A DNA stretch of 58,499 bases from an uncultured bacterium. GTDB taxonomy: Bacteria; Zixibacteria; MSB-5A5; SM1-73. Within the stretch, counting starts at the first letter, position 1, and every line of letters begins with the position of its first letter. Where the stretch lies: contig CBDUQU010000002.1 of NCBI GenBank assembly GCA_965369445.1, positions 1 through 58,499 on the forward strand, given 5' to 3'. The notes beneath the pieces are model-generated. The model saw only the letters and a list, made by a program, of their open reading frames with translations, was not told the DNA's origin and searched no databases. The position numbers and the translations under genes are program-made. Below, one piece after another: positions 18,435 through 30,292 of this stretch.

Positions 18435-18518
18435 AGAACCTCACCTTAAGCCCTCTTCTTAAGAAAGGAGAGGGAACGTGAAGTCCCTTCCTTCTTAAGG
18501 AGGAGATTCAAGGGAGGT
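18435..18518 (+). repeat. Intergenic hairpin-repeat element, copy 1 (upstream of the GT-C gene)
   Basis: agaacctcacc...ccctcttcttaagaaaggagagg...aagtcccttccttcttaaggagg.gatt.a.gggaggt. Same order and orientation as 20145-20278. Confidence 0.7.
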
Positions 18519-18595
18519 TCGGAGACAATAATTGTCAACCGACCCTCGGCTTCATTTCCGCAATAGAACGAAAAGGCTCAGGAGTACTTTCTCAG

Positions 18596-20122
18596 ATGAA
18601 TACGGACAGCGGGAAGACCGTAGGGATTGTGGTACTGATTGTCCTCGTCACCATCTTGACGCGGGGTCTTCTAACATATTATTCCAACCACTTCGCAGAT
18701 GACTCGTTCATCACCTTTCGCTACGCAGAAAACATTGCCTCCGGGAAGGGATTTGTCTATAACGAGGGTGAGAGAATACTAGGGACTTCCACTCCCTTAT
18801 ACACGCTGCTGTTGGCCTTGCTGGTCAAGCTGGGCTTGCCAATTCTGCTGTTTGCCCGGATAATAAATATCGGAGCGGACTGTCTCAGTGGAATCCTGAT
18901 ATTTCTGCTGCTGAGACAGTTCAAGATAAGTGTGGCGACGCTTGCGGCCCTCTTCTACGTTCTCTTCCCCCGGGTGATGGTCTGGTCTATCTCCGGCATG
19001 GAGACCAGTCTGTATGTGTTCTTCATCGTCGCTTCTCTTTATTGCTACCACAAGAAGAATTTCGGTTTGACCGCTCTGCTCTTGGGCTTAACCATATTGA
19101 CCAGGGTGGATGGAGTTATTCTTGGACTTGCCATTTTAGTCCACTTCACCTGGCAACATAGGAGATTTCCGGTAAAGATGGCTCTGGGTTCCCTGGCCGT
19201 GGTGCTGCCGTGGCTTATTTTCTCCTTTTTGTATTTCGGCTCGCCCATTCCCAATTCAGTGCCGGGCAAGAAAGCCCTGTACTCCGCTACGGTGTGGGAG
19301 ACACCCAAGTGGAGGATCTTCTGGGAGTTCCTGTTCCTGAGGATCAAAATAGGTTGGCCCATGTTGTTGCTGGCATTGGCCGGAGTCTACACGGTCTTAA
19401 CCAGAGCCAAATCTTACGCCATCATAGCTCTGTGGACCGTCCTGTATTTCATCTTCTTTTTCCTTGGCGGTACCAAGATGCACATGTGGTATTACGTTCC
19501 CTTTTATTTGGGCTACCTGATTTTGGTCGCTTTAGGAGTTGATCTAATGTTCGAGACGGCGGACGGACTTTGGAAGAGGAGAATTGGCTCCTTAAGGCAG
19601 AGAGGGAGCACTGTCATGAGTCTTAACACTCTGAGAATAGCTCTTATATCTGCAGTTTGCATCCTGGCAGGACTCATTTACTTTCAGCAGATGAAGCGCA
19701 CCTTCAGGTTGGTGACTGTGGAACAGATAGCCTTAGAAGACATTCACAAAAGCATTGGACTATGGCTTTTGGAGAATACTGAGCCGGGTGATACGGTCTG
19801 CGCAGAGGATATCGGCTACATGGGCTACTATTCCGGGCGCTATATCCTGGATCAGGACGGGCTCATCTCCCCTCAAGTGATTCCCTTCAACAAGAACCGA
19901 GACCGTCTCGGTTTTATAAGAGAATATAGGCCGGCCTATTTCCTGATAGGATTTGCCGGACCATATTTTTCGCAGGTGATACAAAGTGAGTGGTTGGCGG
20001 ATAACTACGAAAGGCTGGCGACCTTCGACGCATCCTCCGTGGATATCAGTCGAGCAAAAATCCGCTTAGAGGATTTGGAATTGAACGTATGTAGATATGA
20101 TATCTTTAAGAGGATTCCCTGA
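18596..20122 (+). CDS. Polytopic membrane protein, GT-C-fold glycosyltransferase-like (ArnT/PMT-like)
   Basis: At least 10 hydrophobic segments. First-loop acidic motif FADDSFITFRYAENIASGKGFVYN is typical of GT-C enzymes. Family assignment is tentative. Confidence 0.5.
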   Translation: MNTDSGKTVGIVVLIVLVTILTRGLLTYYSNHFADDSFITFRYAENIASGKGFVYNEGERILGTSTPLYTLLLALLVKLGLPILLFARIINIGADCLSGILIFLLLRQFKISVATLAALFYVLFPRVMVWSISGMETSLYVFFIVASLYCYHKKNFGLTALLLGLTILTRVDGVILGLAILVHFTWQHRRFPVKMALGSLAVVLPWLIFSFLYFGSPIPNSVPGKKALYSATVWETPKWRIFWEFLFLRIKIGWPMLLLALAGVYTVLTRAKSYAIIALWTVLYFIFFFLGGTKMHMWYYVPFYLGYLILVALGVDLMFETADGLWKRRIGSLRQRGSTVMSLNTLRIALISAVCILAGLIYFQQMKRTFRLVTVEQIALEDIHKSIGLWLLENTEPGDTVCAEDIGYMGYYSGRYILDQDGLISPQVIPFNKNRDRLGFIREYRPAYFLIGFAGPYFSQVIQSEWLADNYERLATFDASSVDISRAKIRLEDLELNVCRYDIFKRIP

Positions 20123-20144
20123 GTAGATTGAGAAAAGCATCTTC

Positions 20145-20278
20145 GAGAACCTCACCCCCGTCGCTGGGGAGCCCGTACGGACACCCCGCTGGCGATATTT
20201 TAAACCTGACCCTCTCCTTATAAAGGAGAGGAGACACATCAAGTCCCCTCCTTTGTAAGGAGGGGATTTAGGGGAGGT
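20145..20278 (+). repeat. Intergenic hairpin-repeat element, copy 2 (downstream of the GT-C gene)
   Basis: gagaacctcacc, an extra segment of about 50 nt, then ccctctccttataaaggagagg...aagtcccctcctttgtaaggaggggatttaggggaggt. Confidence 0.7.
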
Positions 20279-20304
20279 CAAACCTGTAAGGATAGTGCGT
20301 AGCA

Positions 20305-21117
20305 TTGTCCTTAATTGAGAAAACCATCATGTTGTTGGCAATTGACATTGGGAACACCCATACGGTGCTGGGAGTATTCCGGAGCAGTAAGCTTATCGAT
20401 CATTTTCGGGTGACGTCGAATCACGCCGTCACCGTGGACGAGTGCGGAATCCTGGTGAGGCAGTTTTTGCATAATCACCACAAAATCAACGGCGTGATAA
20501 TCTGCTCCGTGGTTCCCCCGCTCACCCCGATCTATCAGGAGATGAGCAGGAAATTTTTGAAAGTCGATCCTGTTCTGGTCAACTGGAGGCTCCCTCTGGG
20601 AATCAAAATCCTCTATGATGACCCCTCCAAGGTGGGGGGCGACCGGATCGCCAATGCGGTAGCGGCTTACCAGATTTACGGAGGCCCCGCCATCGTGGTG
20701 GACTTGGGAACCTCCACCAATTTCGACGTGATCTCGGATGAGGGAGAATACCTGGGCGGAGCCATCGCCCCCGGAGTGGAGACCTCAGCTTCGCATCTCT
20801 TCCAGAGAGCGGCGCAGCTCTTTAAGGTCAGCCTGGAGAGACCCGGGAAGGCCATCGGCAGCAGCACCGAGGAGAGCATGATATCCGGGATCATCTTCGG
20901 ATCGGTGGGGCAGATAGATGAGATAGTAAACAGGATAAAGGAGGAGTTGAAAAAGGAGCACAAGATAAGAAAAAGGCCGAAAGTTGTTGCCACCGGCGGG
21001 CTTGCAGCCTTGATGGCAAAGGAATCCAGGACAATCGAAGAGGTCAATCCGACCCTAACCCTGGAGGGGTTGAGAAGAATATACCTGCAGGTGAAAAAAT
21101 CCCAAAAAAGTAGTTGA
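20305..21117 (+). CDS. coaX: Type III pantothenate kinase
   Basis: LLAIDIGNTHTVLGVF, GGDRIANAV, VVDLGTSTNFDV and ATGGLA motifs. The start is possibly the ATG at 20329. Confidence 0.9.
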   Translation: MSLIEKTIMLLAIDIGNTHTVLGVFRSSKLIDHFRVTSNHAVTVDECGILVRQFLHNHHKINGVIICSVVPPLTPIYQEMSRKFLKVDPVLVNWRLPLGIKILYDDPSKVGGDRIANAVAAYQIYGGPAIVVDLGTSTNFDVISDEGEYLGGAIAPGVETSASHLFQRAAQLFKVSLERPGKAIGSSTEESMISGIIFGSVGQIDEIVNRIKEELKKEHKIRKRPKVVATGGLAALMAKESRTIEEVNPTLTLEGLRRIYLQVKKSQKSS

Positions 21118-21142
21118 CAAGACAAGTCCGGGCCTATATATT
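21114..21142 (+). promoter_or_regulatory. Sigma70-type promoter of groESL
   Basis: TTGACA (21114-21119), 17-nt spacer, TATATT (21137-21142). Confidence 0.5.
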
Positions 21143-21229
21143 CCCACATCGTCGCCTGATGGCCTTTCCGGCATTGGCAGGTGCCAAGCCGGGATCGCCG
21201 CAAAGGCGCAGAATTTTTTTGCAAACTCT

Positions 21230-21256
21230 TTAGCACTCTCCGGCGTAGAGTGCTAA
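21230..21256 (+). promoter_or_regulatory. CIRCE operator (HrcA binding site)
   Basis: TTAGCACTC-tccggcgta-GAGTGCTAA is a perfect match to the consensus TTAGCACTC-N9-GAGTGCTAA, 58 nt upstream of groES. Confidence 0.9.
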
Positions 21257-21313
21257 CAGGCTTTCGAGATCAAGTGCAATTACAGTCAAACTTTCAAACA
21301 AGGAGGTTGTGTT

Positions 21314-21601
21314 ATGCAGGTTAAGCCTTTGGCAGACAGGGTATTGATTAAGTCCCTGGAGGTGGGGGAACAAAAGAAGGGCGATATAATCATCCCGGAT
21401 ACGGCCAAGGAGAAGCCCCAGGAGGGAAAGGTCGTAGAGGTGGGCCCGGGCCGAATGACGGACGATGGGAAGCAGGTCGCCATGGAGGTCAAGAAGGGTG
21501 ACAAGGTTCTCTATGGCAAGTATTCCGGGACCGAGGTCACCGTCGATGACGTGGATTATCTCATCATGCGGGAGAGTGACATATTCGCCGTGATTGGGTA
21601 G
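21314..21601 (+). CDS. groES: Co-chaperonin GroES
   Basis: [10 protein letters not shown]...[22 protein letters not shown], 95 aa. Confidence 0.95.
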   Translation: MQVKPLADRVLIKSLEVGEQKKGDIIIPDTAKEKPQEGKVVEVGPGRMTDDGKQVAMEVKKGDKVLYGKYSGTEVTVDDVDYLIMRESDIFAVIG

Positions 21602-21641
21602 TCGAGCGTAGAGGTTAAAACAGTTCTCTAAACAAAATTGA

Positions 21642-23297
<1,656 letters not shown>

Positions 23298-23444
23298 CGG
23301 CAGATGACAGTAGGCAGACGCCGTACGGGCGTATGCCGTAGGGCAGATAACAGACAACAGAATGAATGTCATTGCGAGCCCCCCGTATGGGGGACGAAGC
23401 AATCTCTTAAGAAGCCGGATCCGCTCTTTTGGCAAATCAAATAA

Positions 23445-23480
23445 AACCAGAACCTAACTTACGTTAGGTTCTGGTTTTTT
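23445..23480 (+). terminator. Rho-independent terminator of groESL
   Basis: 14-bp stem aaccagaacctaac / gttaggttctggtt with loop ttac, followed by TTTTTT. Confidence 0.8.
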
Positions 23481-23883
23481 CGTTTGACGACCGCCGGTTA
23501 CTGGTTAAGAGTGCCTACAACAAAGCGGTCAGCGGTATGAACCATATGGTTCATACCAGCGGATTAAACGGATGACGCGGATCAAGGCAGCGCAAACGTA
23601 TCTTACTAGTGATCCTGCCGGAGAGAGGCTTTGAAAGTGGAGCGCCGACGCGCTCCGCTACATTTTTTCCTCATGCGTCGAGGCCATGGTAGTGCCGCAC
23701 GCGGGCAACTGCTCGCATTTACCATTCATTCACCGGTCAAAAATCTTGCCTTGGGGTTATCATTTGGATATCTTAAGTTGTATAAATAGTCGAAGATGGA
23801 GCCGAAACCAATATGGGCGGCATATTTTCAAGCCCGGATGCAGGATAGTCTCTAGTATGCTTTTTTTGTGAAGATCACTTCAG

Positions 23884-26800
23884 ATGTGTGAAATAAACAA
23901 CAAAATCATACCGTACCTTCTGGTCAGCTTTTGCCTGTTCCTCTCCTCTGGCCCTGCCTTTTCCGCTGAAGAGACCGTCAAGGAACCCATCCAGCTGTTG
24001 AATGCCGATTACTCAGAGCTCCGGATGGAGGAAGACAACATGATGGTCAACCTGATCGGGAACGTGGTCTTCAAGCATGGTGACCTGAATCTAAGGAGCA
24101 ATCGAGCGGTCTGGTATCGAACCGCGGGTCAGGTGGTTTTCATCGACAGCGTCACCATTGAGGACCCGGACCAGACTCTTAACGCAGACCGGGTTACCTA
24201 CCACCGGAATTCAAGGAAGGTGGTCGCCGACGGGGATGTTGTCCTTCTGAGCAAGAAGGAGGATGCGAAGATAACCGGGGGGCATGGGGAATACGATAGG
24301 GCCGCGAAACTGGTCGTGTTCACCCAATCTCCTTCGTTAATCCTGAAGCCCGGAAAAGGCGACAGCAGCGTGGTGGTCAGAGGTGAAAGGTTGGAATATT
24401 ACGTTGATGAAAAGAAGGGCCTGGCCAAAGAGAACGTGCGCATAGCCAAAGCTGAAATGAGCGCCACCTGTGATGAGGCCGAGTGGATAAGCAGCGAACA
24501 GAAGATAATCCTCAGAGGAGGCCCGGAGGCCGAGAAGCAGAATGATCGTCTCAGCGGCGAGACTATGCATATGTTCATTCAGGAGGATAAGATAAACAGG
24601 ATCGACGTTGACGGTGATGCCAGGGCCTCGCACTTGGAGATTATCGATTCGGTAACTCAGGACACAAGGGAGAGCTTTCTGGCCTCAAAGAAGATGGTCT
24701 TCTTCTGGGAGGATGAGAAGCTAAAGAAAGTGAGGGCTTGCGGAAACGCCACCAGCATATACTATCCCCAATCTTCGAGCGGATCCGGGGAAAGAATCTC
24801 ACAGGATAGAAACGAGGCCTCGGGCGACACCATAGACCTCTTCTTCGCCGGTGAACGACTGGAGGAGGTGCTGATCAAAGGCGGGGCCATGGGAACATAC
24901 ACCTTTGCCGAGGAAAAGACCGAAGAAAGCTCAAATGCAGAGGACACCATCAACTATTCAGCGGAGGTGATAGACTACCGGATAGACAAAAATTGGATCA
25001 CCCTGGAGGAACAGAGTAACCTCAAGTATGGAGAGATCTCGCTCTCGGCCGGGAAGATAGTCTATGACACAGAAGAGCGGATTCTGGTGGCGGAGGGGAT
25101 TCAGACCGGTGAGGGTGAGGAAAAAATCTGGAAGGGGTTGCCGGTCCTTCAAGATGGAAATGATAGGATAGAAGGCGAGCGCATGAGCTATGACTTGCGC
25201 AACAGAAGAGGTAAAGTCACAGCAGGGGTCACCAGCATACAGAGAGGAACTTACAGGGGAAAGCTGTTGAGAAAGATAACCGACCAGGTGCTTCTGGCTG
25301 ACCGGGGCACCTATACCACCTGCGACTTAGACGAGCCTCACTTCCATTTTTACTGCCGAAGGATGAAGATAATTGCCAAGGATAAGGTTATCACCAAACC
25401 GGTGGTGCTGCGCATCGGTCACCTTCCGGTTGCCATCATTCCCTACTATGTTTTTCCCATCAAGCCGGGAAGACACTCGGGATTTTTGACCTTCGATATA
25501 GGGAACTTAGAGGCGGGAGAGAGGTTCATCCGAAATCTGGGCTACTACTGGGCAGCCTCGGACTACTGGGATTTGAAGACCGCCTTCGACTATTATGAGG
25601 GGTCGGGGTGGATAATAAGGTCACAGACTCGTTATGCCAAGCGCTACGCCTTGAGCGGGAGCGTGGCGGGGTCGTATAACCATCGATCCTGGTGGAACCT
25701 GGCCACTTTGACCAAATCCCGAAGCAACCGCTGGGACTTAACCTTCAATCACCGGCACACCGTCTCTCCCACGCTTTCTCTTTCTGCATCCGGAACCTTC
25801 TTGAGCGATAAGGACTACTGGCGTGATCTCAACCTGGACCCGGTGGAGAGAAGGAACAGATCCCTGCACTCGCAAGCCAACCTGAGCAAGAGGTGGGAGA
25901 CAGCCAGCGCCACCTTTGCCTTAGATCACAGATGGAATCTGGACACCGACGATCGGACCCTCAGTCTTCCCGTGGTAAGCTTCAGTCGACCATCTTTGCC
26001 CCTTATTTCTCCAAGGGAGAATGAAAGAGGAGAGGTGGAGCGGAGATGGTTCAACTCCATATATTACTCCTTCTCCTCGAATTTCCTCAATTATCAGTTC
26101 CGTCGAAAAAGGGAGGGAGATTTTGATAGAAAAAAATTCATGGTGTCGGACAACCGTTTTTCCCTTTCTGCTCCTCAGAAGCTTTTGGGGTGGCTGGTTT
26201 TAAATCCAGGCTTTCGCTATCAGGAGACCTGGTACTGGATCTTCAAAACCAATCTCTCCGAGGATTTTCCGATTCCCGGAAACAGCACCGCCAGGAGGGG
26301 CACTTATTCTGCCAGCCTTTCGGCCAACACGGTCCTCTACGGAACTTTCCGGCCCAGGATAGGAAGGCTGGAGGGAATAAGGCACGTGATGACGCCCAGC
26401 GCAAGTTTGTCATGGCAGCCTGAATTCACTCGCAAACAGGAATACATCTCCTACACCGGAAGAGGAGGCTCGGGAGCCAAACGGAAAGCCATGGCCTTCA
26501 GGCTGAACAACCTGTTTCAGATAAAAACCCGGTCCGTGAAAGATGGCAAGGAGGTGGAGAAGAAGCTCGATCTCTTTTACGTCAACTTCTCGTCCGGATA
26601 CAACTTTCTGGCCAAGGATCGCAAGATGTCCAATCTTTCCACCGTTTTGCGCTCCACCGCCGTTAGAAATCTCGATGTCGCTGCCTCGGTCGTTCACGAT
26701 TTACATGACCCATCCGGCCAGCTGAAGTTGCTGTCGCCGCGCTGGTTGAGTTTCAGCCTGGATACCCGCCTCAATCTTCGGGGAACCTGGGAGGAATCGG

Positions 26801-27216
26801 CAGGGATGAGAGGGCCGGGAGAGACTGAAGACTTGGGCGAAGGAGAAATACCGGAGAGTGGAGATTACGAAGCGGAAGGACTGCTGAAGAGGGCGACTCG
26901 GTCCTGGAGCCTGAACCTAAGCCATCGATACAGCCAGGCCAGAGGAGGAGCGAAAACCCACTGGGCCAGCGCTTCTCTGAGTCTGCCACTGACACGACGC
27001 TGGCTCTTGAGCTATCGTAACCGATATGATTTCTCAGATAGGAAGATCACCGAACAAACCTTCGAATTCTATCGGGACATGCACTGCTGGGAAGCAAGAT
27101 TTACCTGGATCGCCACCGGCTTTAGAGAAGGTTACTATTTTCGTATAAATATCAAGGCCCTGCCGGAAGTTAAGATCGAGAAGAGCCGTGGGGGGTTAAG
27201 GGAGGTATTCTTCTGA
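23884..27216 (+). CDS. lptD: LPS-assembly outer-membrane protein LptD/OstA family (large FCB-type)
   Basis: Signal peptide, repeated OstA-like N-terminal beta-jellyroll segments (NADYSE...GNVVFKHGDLNLRSNRAVW...ADRVTYH), then a long beta-rich C-terminal region ending in an aromatic residue. Confidence 0.6.
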   Translation: MCEINNKIIPYLLVSFCLFLSSGPAFSAEETVKEPIQLLNADYSELRMEEDNMMVNLIGNVVFKHGDLNLRSNRAVWYRTAGQVVFIDSVTIEDPDQTLNADRVTYHRNSRKVVADGDVVLLSKKEDAKITGGHGEYDRAAKLVVFTQSPSLILKPGKGDSSVVVRGERLEYYVDEKKGLAKENVRIAKAEMSATCDEAEWISSEQKIILRGGPEAEKQNDRLSGETMHMFIQEDKINRIDVDGDARASHLEIIDSVTQDTRESFLASKKMVFFWEDEKLKKVRACGNATSIYYPQSSSGSGERISQDRNEASGDTIDLFFAGERLEEVLIKGGAMGTYTFAEEKTEESSNAEDTINYSAEVIDYRIDKNWITLEEQSNLKYGEISLSAGKIVYDTEERILVAEGIQTGEGEEKIWKGLPVLQDGNDRIEGERMSYDLRNRRGKVTAGVTSIQRGTYRGKLLRKITDQVLLADRGTYTTCDLDEPHFHFYCRRMKIIAKDKVITKPVVLRIGHLPVAIIPYYVFPIKPGRHSGFLTFDIGNLEAGERFIRNLGYYWAASDYWDLKTAFDYYEGSGWIIRSQTRYAKRYALSGSVAGSYNHRSWWNLATLTKSRSNRWDLTFNHRHTVSPTLSLSASGTFLSDKDYWRDLNLDPVERRNRSLHSQANLSKRWETASATFALDHRWNLDTDDRTLSLPVVSFSRPSLPLISPRENERGEVERRWFNSIYYSFSSNFLNYQFRRKREGDFDRKKFMVSDNRFSLSAPQKLLGWLVLNPGFRYQETWYWIFKTNLSEDFPIPGNSTARRGTYSASLSANTVLYGTFRPRIGRLEGIRHVMTPSASLSWQPEFTRKQEYISYTGRGGSGAKRKAMAFRLNNLFQIKTRSVKDGKEVEKKLDLFYVNFSSGYNFLAKDRKMSNLSTVLRSTAVRNLDVAASVVHDLHDPSGQLKLLSPRWLSFSLDTRLNLRGTWEESAGMRGPGETEDLGEGEIPESGDYEAEGLLKRATRSWSLNLSHRYSQARGGAKTHWASASLSLPLTRRWLLSYRNRYDFSDRKITEQTFEFYRDMHCWEARFTWIATGFREGYYFRINIKALPEVKIEKSRGGLREVFF

Positions 27217-27293
27217 TGCGACGACGAGGACGGGGTCATGGAAGGCTCAAGCGGCCGAACGACCGTTTCCCGGTTTTGGCCCCATCTTCGCGG

Positions 27294-27308
27294 CGGGACG
27301 AATTCCCG
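27294..27308. repeat. REP-like hairpin, R1 family, inverted variant
   Basis: cgggacgaattcccg is the reverse complement of cgggaattcgtcccg, one substitution from the R1 core. Confidence 0.5.
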
Positions 27309-27390
27309 TCGCTATGATAAGAAACCGGCGGGCCCGGAAGGAGCCCTTGAGTTGTGAAGCTGGGTCAACCTCAATTCGGTCTGCTTTTTG

Positions 27391-27419
27391 TTGACAAGTT
27401 GCTGGAATACGTTTAGTAT
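27391..27419 (+). promoter_or_regulatory. Putative sigma70-type promoter upstream of galT
   Basis: TTGACA, 17-nt spacer, TAGTAT. Confidence 0.4.
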
Positions 27420-27488
27420 AAGTCCGGCGATTTCTTGAACTGAAGATTGAACCTTTGAACCCTTGAACTCTAAAACCGGAATCCAAAG

Positions 27489-28514
27489 ATGCCCACTTTA
27501 AGAAGAAACCCCATCACCGGAGGATGGGTAGTCAATCCGGGCAGGGGAGAGGATCGTGCCTCCAGTTTGATCGAGATGGAGAAACTGATAGACCAGGGGA
27601 TTTGTCCTTTTTGCGAAGGCAACGAAAAGCACACGCCGCCGGAGATCTTCGCGCTGAGAAGAAAGGGGTCTGAGAGGGACGGGACGGGCTGGCAGGTGAG
27701 GGTGGTGCCCAATATCTCTCCCGCCCTGACCATCGAGCCGGACTTGGACAGAAGGGCAGAGCGGATGTATGATCTGATGAATGCAGTAGGAGCACACGAG
27801 GTGATCATCGAAACCCCCCGGCATATACTTAATCTGGCCGACTTGGATGCCTCGCAGATCAAGAAGGTGATCGATACCTACAAAGCGAGAATCCTGGACT
27901 TAAAAAAGGATCAACGGTTCAGATCGGTGTTCATCTTCAAGAACTATGGAGAAAGAGCCGGCTCCTCCCCCATAAAACATACTCATTCTCAGCTTATCGC
28001 CATCTCCGTCACCCCCAAGAACTTAAAGGAGGAGTTGGTGGGGGCAAAACAATACTACGATTACAAGGAAAGATGCGTCTTCTGCGACATGATCAAACAG
28101 GAATTATCCACTAAGAAGAGGATAGTTTGCTTAAATGCTGATTTCCTGGCCATCGCGCCCTTTGCTTCACGATTCACCCACGAAGTCTGGATTCTGCCCA
28201 GAAAACACTCCGTTGATTTTGAAAATATGAGCGATGCCAGAGGCCAGAATCTGGCCGTCCTACTTAAGGAGGTTCTCCTCCGACTGAAGATTCTCTTGGG
28301 CGATCCGCCTTACAACTTTATCCTCCATTCCGGCCCCAACCGCACCAAAAGGAGAGGAGCGGCCTGGAAGACCCTGAGTGACGATTATCACTGGCATATA
28401 GAGATCATGCCGCGGTATACCAGAATAGACGGGCTCGAATGGGGAACCGGGCTTTACATCAATGCCACCACCCCGGAGGAGGCAGCGGCGAGCTTGAGAC
28501 AGGTGAAGATATAA
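27489..28514 (+). CDS. galT: Galactose-1-phosphate uridylyltransferase (HIT superfamily, class I)
   Basis: CPFCEGNE zinc motif and HTHSQLIA (HxHxQ active site). 341 aa. Confidence 0.8.
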   Translation: MPTLRRNPITGGWVVNPGRGEDRASSLIEMEKLIDQGICPFCEGNEKHTPPEIFALRRKGSERDGTGWQVRVVPNISPALTIEPDLDRRAERMYDLMNAVGAHEVIIETPRHILNLADLDASQIKKVIDTYKARILDLKKDQRFRSVFIFKNYGERAGSSPIKHTHSQLIAISVTPKNLKEELVGAKQYYDYKERCVFCDMIKQELSTKKRIVCLNADFLAIAPFASRFTHEVWILPRKHSVDFENMSDARGQNLAVLLKEVLLRLKILLGDPPYNFILHSGPNRTKRRGAAWKTLSDDYHWHIEIMPRYTRIDGLEWGTGLYINATTPEEAAASLRQVKI

Positions 28515-28587
28515 GGACCTGCCCCAAGACCTCACTCCCTTTCCCTCTCTCCATGATGTGGGACAGGTGAGTATTGACTGAAATGCT

Positions 28588-29031
28588 ATGTCAAGAATTC
28601 TGGCGATAGATTTTGGCGAAAGAAGAATCGGGCTGGCGCTTTCCGATCCCCTGGGAATTACTGCTCAGGGCCTTCCCACCATCGACACCAGGAAGATCAA
28701 AGACGTGTTTGCCTACATCAAGAATTTGGTTGTAGAGAAAGATGTGGTAAAACTGGTGGTGGGGATGCCAAGAAACATGAACGGCAGCATCGGTCCCCAG
28801 GGTGAAAAGGTGAAGAAGTTCATCGGGAAGCTGGCTCACAAGACTGAAGCGGAAGTCATAGCCTGGGACGAAAGACTAACCTCGGTGCAGTCACTCAGGA
28901 GCATGAGAGAGATGGGAACCAAACAGAAGCGAAAAGGGGTGACGGACCGGATCTCCGCCACCCTGATTCTGCAAAGCTATTTGGATAGTCTAAGCAATAG
29001 AGAAAAACGATCTTTAACCGATGAAGTCTGA
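28588..29031 (+). CDS. ruvX: Putative pre-16S rRNA nuclease / Holliday junction resolvase-like YqgF
   Basis: ILAIDFGERRIGLALSD, VVGMPRNMNGS and DERLTS motifs. Confidence 0.85.
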   Translation: MSRILAIDFGERRIGLALSDPLGITAQGLPTIDTRKIKDVFAYIKNLVVEKDVVKLVVGMPRNMNGSIGPQGEKVKKFIGKLAHKTEAEVIAWDERLTSVQSLRSMREMGTKQKRKGVTDRISATLILQSYLDSLSNREKRSLTDEV

Positions 29032-30151
29032 GCAAAAGCACATAACCATAACAGACTGGATCGTCTTTTTTGTCTCCACGTTCCTGATATTCCTTTCCTC
29101 GGTACTCTTAGTCATCTCGGGTGTCGTCTTTGCACTGTTCCGCTTAGCCAGGAGAAGGCCGGTTCTTACTCTGGCGTCGGTGATTGGCCTGGTCGTTTTG
29201 TTTTTCGTCGCTGAGTGGATGGTCATACCTATTTCCTGGCGAGCAGACGCCGAGTCTGTTCACGTAACCATAGAAAACGGCGACAGCATGACCCGGATAG
29301 TCCGGAGACTGAAGGAGGCGAAGGTGATACAGGATGGAACCGCGCTTTTAATACTGGCTAAGTTGTCGGGAAAGGATCGGGAGATTCAAGCGGGAAGGTA
29401 CAGCTTCGAAAAGGGCACAACGTTGTACTCCATCTTCAACAAACTCACTCGGGGAGATGTAACCCTAAGGGAGGTAACCATCCCCGAGGGATTGACCATA
29501 AGACAGATCGCGGGGATTTTGAACCGACAGATCGAAATCGATTCCCTGGAGTTCGTGAGATTAGCTATCGACAGCCGGTTTGTCAAGGGTCTGGGGATTC
29601 CGGCCTCGAACCTGGAAGGATACCTGTTTCCTGATACCTACAGGCTCTCCTGGGGCACAACTCCGGAGAAGGTGGTGCGGGTCATGGTGGAACAGTTCAA
29701 GAAGACATTCACCGATAGTCTGACCAGACGTGCCGGGGAGATTGACTTCTCCTTAGCCGACGTGGTAACTTTAGCCTCCATGATTGAAGCCGAGGCAAGA
29801 GATGGGAATGAAAGGGATTTGATCTCGGCCGTATACCACAATCGCTTGAGGCGAGGCATGCTTCTGCAGTGCGATCCCACGGTCATCTATGCCCTGCCTG
29901 AGCTTGACCGGCCGCTGTTGCTAAAGGATCTGGAAGTCGATTCACCCTACAACACTTACAAATATCCCGGTCTTCCGCCCGGACCGATCTGCAATCCGGG
30001 TAAGGCTTCTATTCTGGCGGCGCTCTACCCGGCGGATGTAAAGTATCTGTATTTTGTGGCCACGGGAGAGGGCTCACATATTTTCTCCACCAGCCTAACC
30101 CAACACAATCTGGCAAGAACCAAAATTAAACGAGCCGGAAGGAACAGGTAA
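29021..30151 (+). CDS. mltG: Endolytic murein transglycosylase MltG (YceG-like)
   Basis: N-terminal TM anchor, LEGYLFPDTY, ASMIEAE and YNTYKYPGLPPGPICNPG motifs. Overlaps ruvX by 11 nt. Confidence 0.85.
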   Translation: MKSEQKHITITDWIVFFVSTFLIFLSSVLLVISGVVFALFRLARRRPVLTLASVIGLVVLFFVAEWMVIPISWRADAESVHVTIENGDSMTRIVRRLKEAKVIQDGTALLILAKLSGKDREIQAGRYSFEKGTTLYSIFNKLTRGDVTLREVTIPEGLTIRQIAGILNRQIEIDSLEFVRLAIDSRFVKGLGIPASNLEGYLFPDTYRLSWGTTPEKVVRVMVEQFKKTFTDSLTRRAGEIDFSLADVVTLASMIEAEARDGNERDLISAVYHNRLRRGMLLQCDPTVIYALPELDRPLLLKDLEVDSPYNTYKYPGLPPGPICNPGKASILAALYPADVKYLYFVATGEGSHIFSTSLTQHNLARTKIKRAGRNR

Positions 30152-30180
30152 TTCTATTTTGCTTTTTTACTTTATATTGC

Positions 30181-30208
30181 TTGACATTCAGAACGTATAA
30201 GATATATT
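30181..30208 (+). promoter_or_regulatory. Putative promoter of the initiator tRNA
   Basis: TTGACA, 16-nt spacer, TATATT, ending 10 nt before tRNA position 1. Confidence 0.45.
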
Positions 30209-30218
30209 GAAAAACGAT

Positions 30219-30274
<56 letters not shown>

Positions 30275-30292
<18 letters not shown>

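Noticed and set aside
23298-23883. 585-bp spacer after groEL as a candidate ncRNA locus
   Set aside because: It is largely explained by the groESL terminator, several dispersed hairpin repeats (23311-23345, 23371-23405, 23541-23590) and a second terminator-like hairpin at about 23638-23670. No additional conserved-looking structure was seen.
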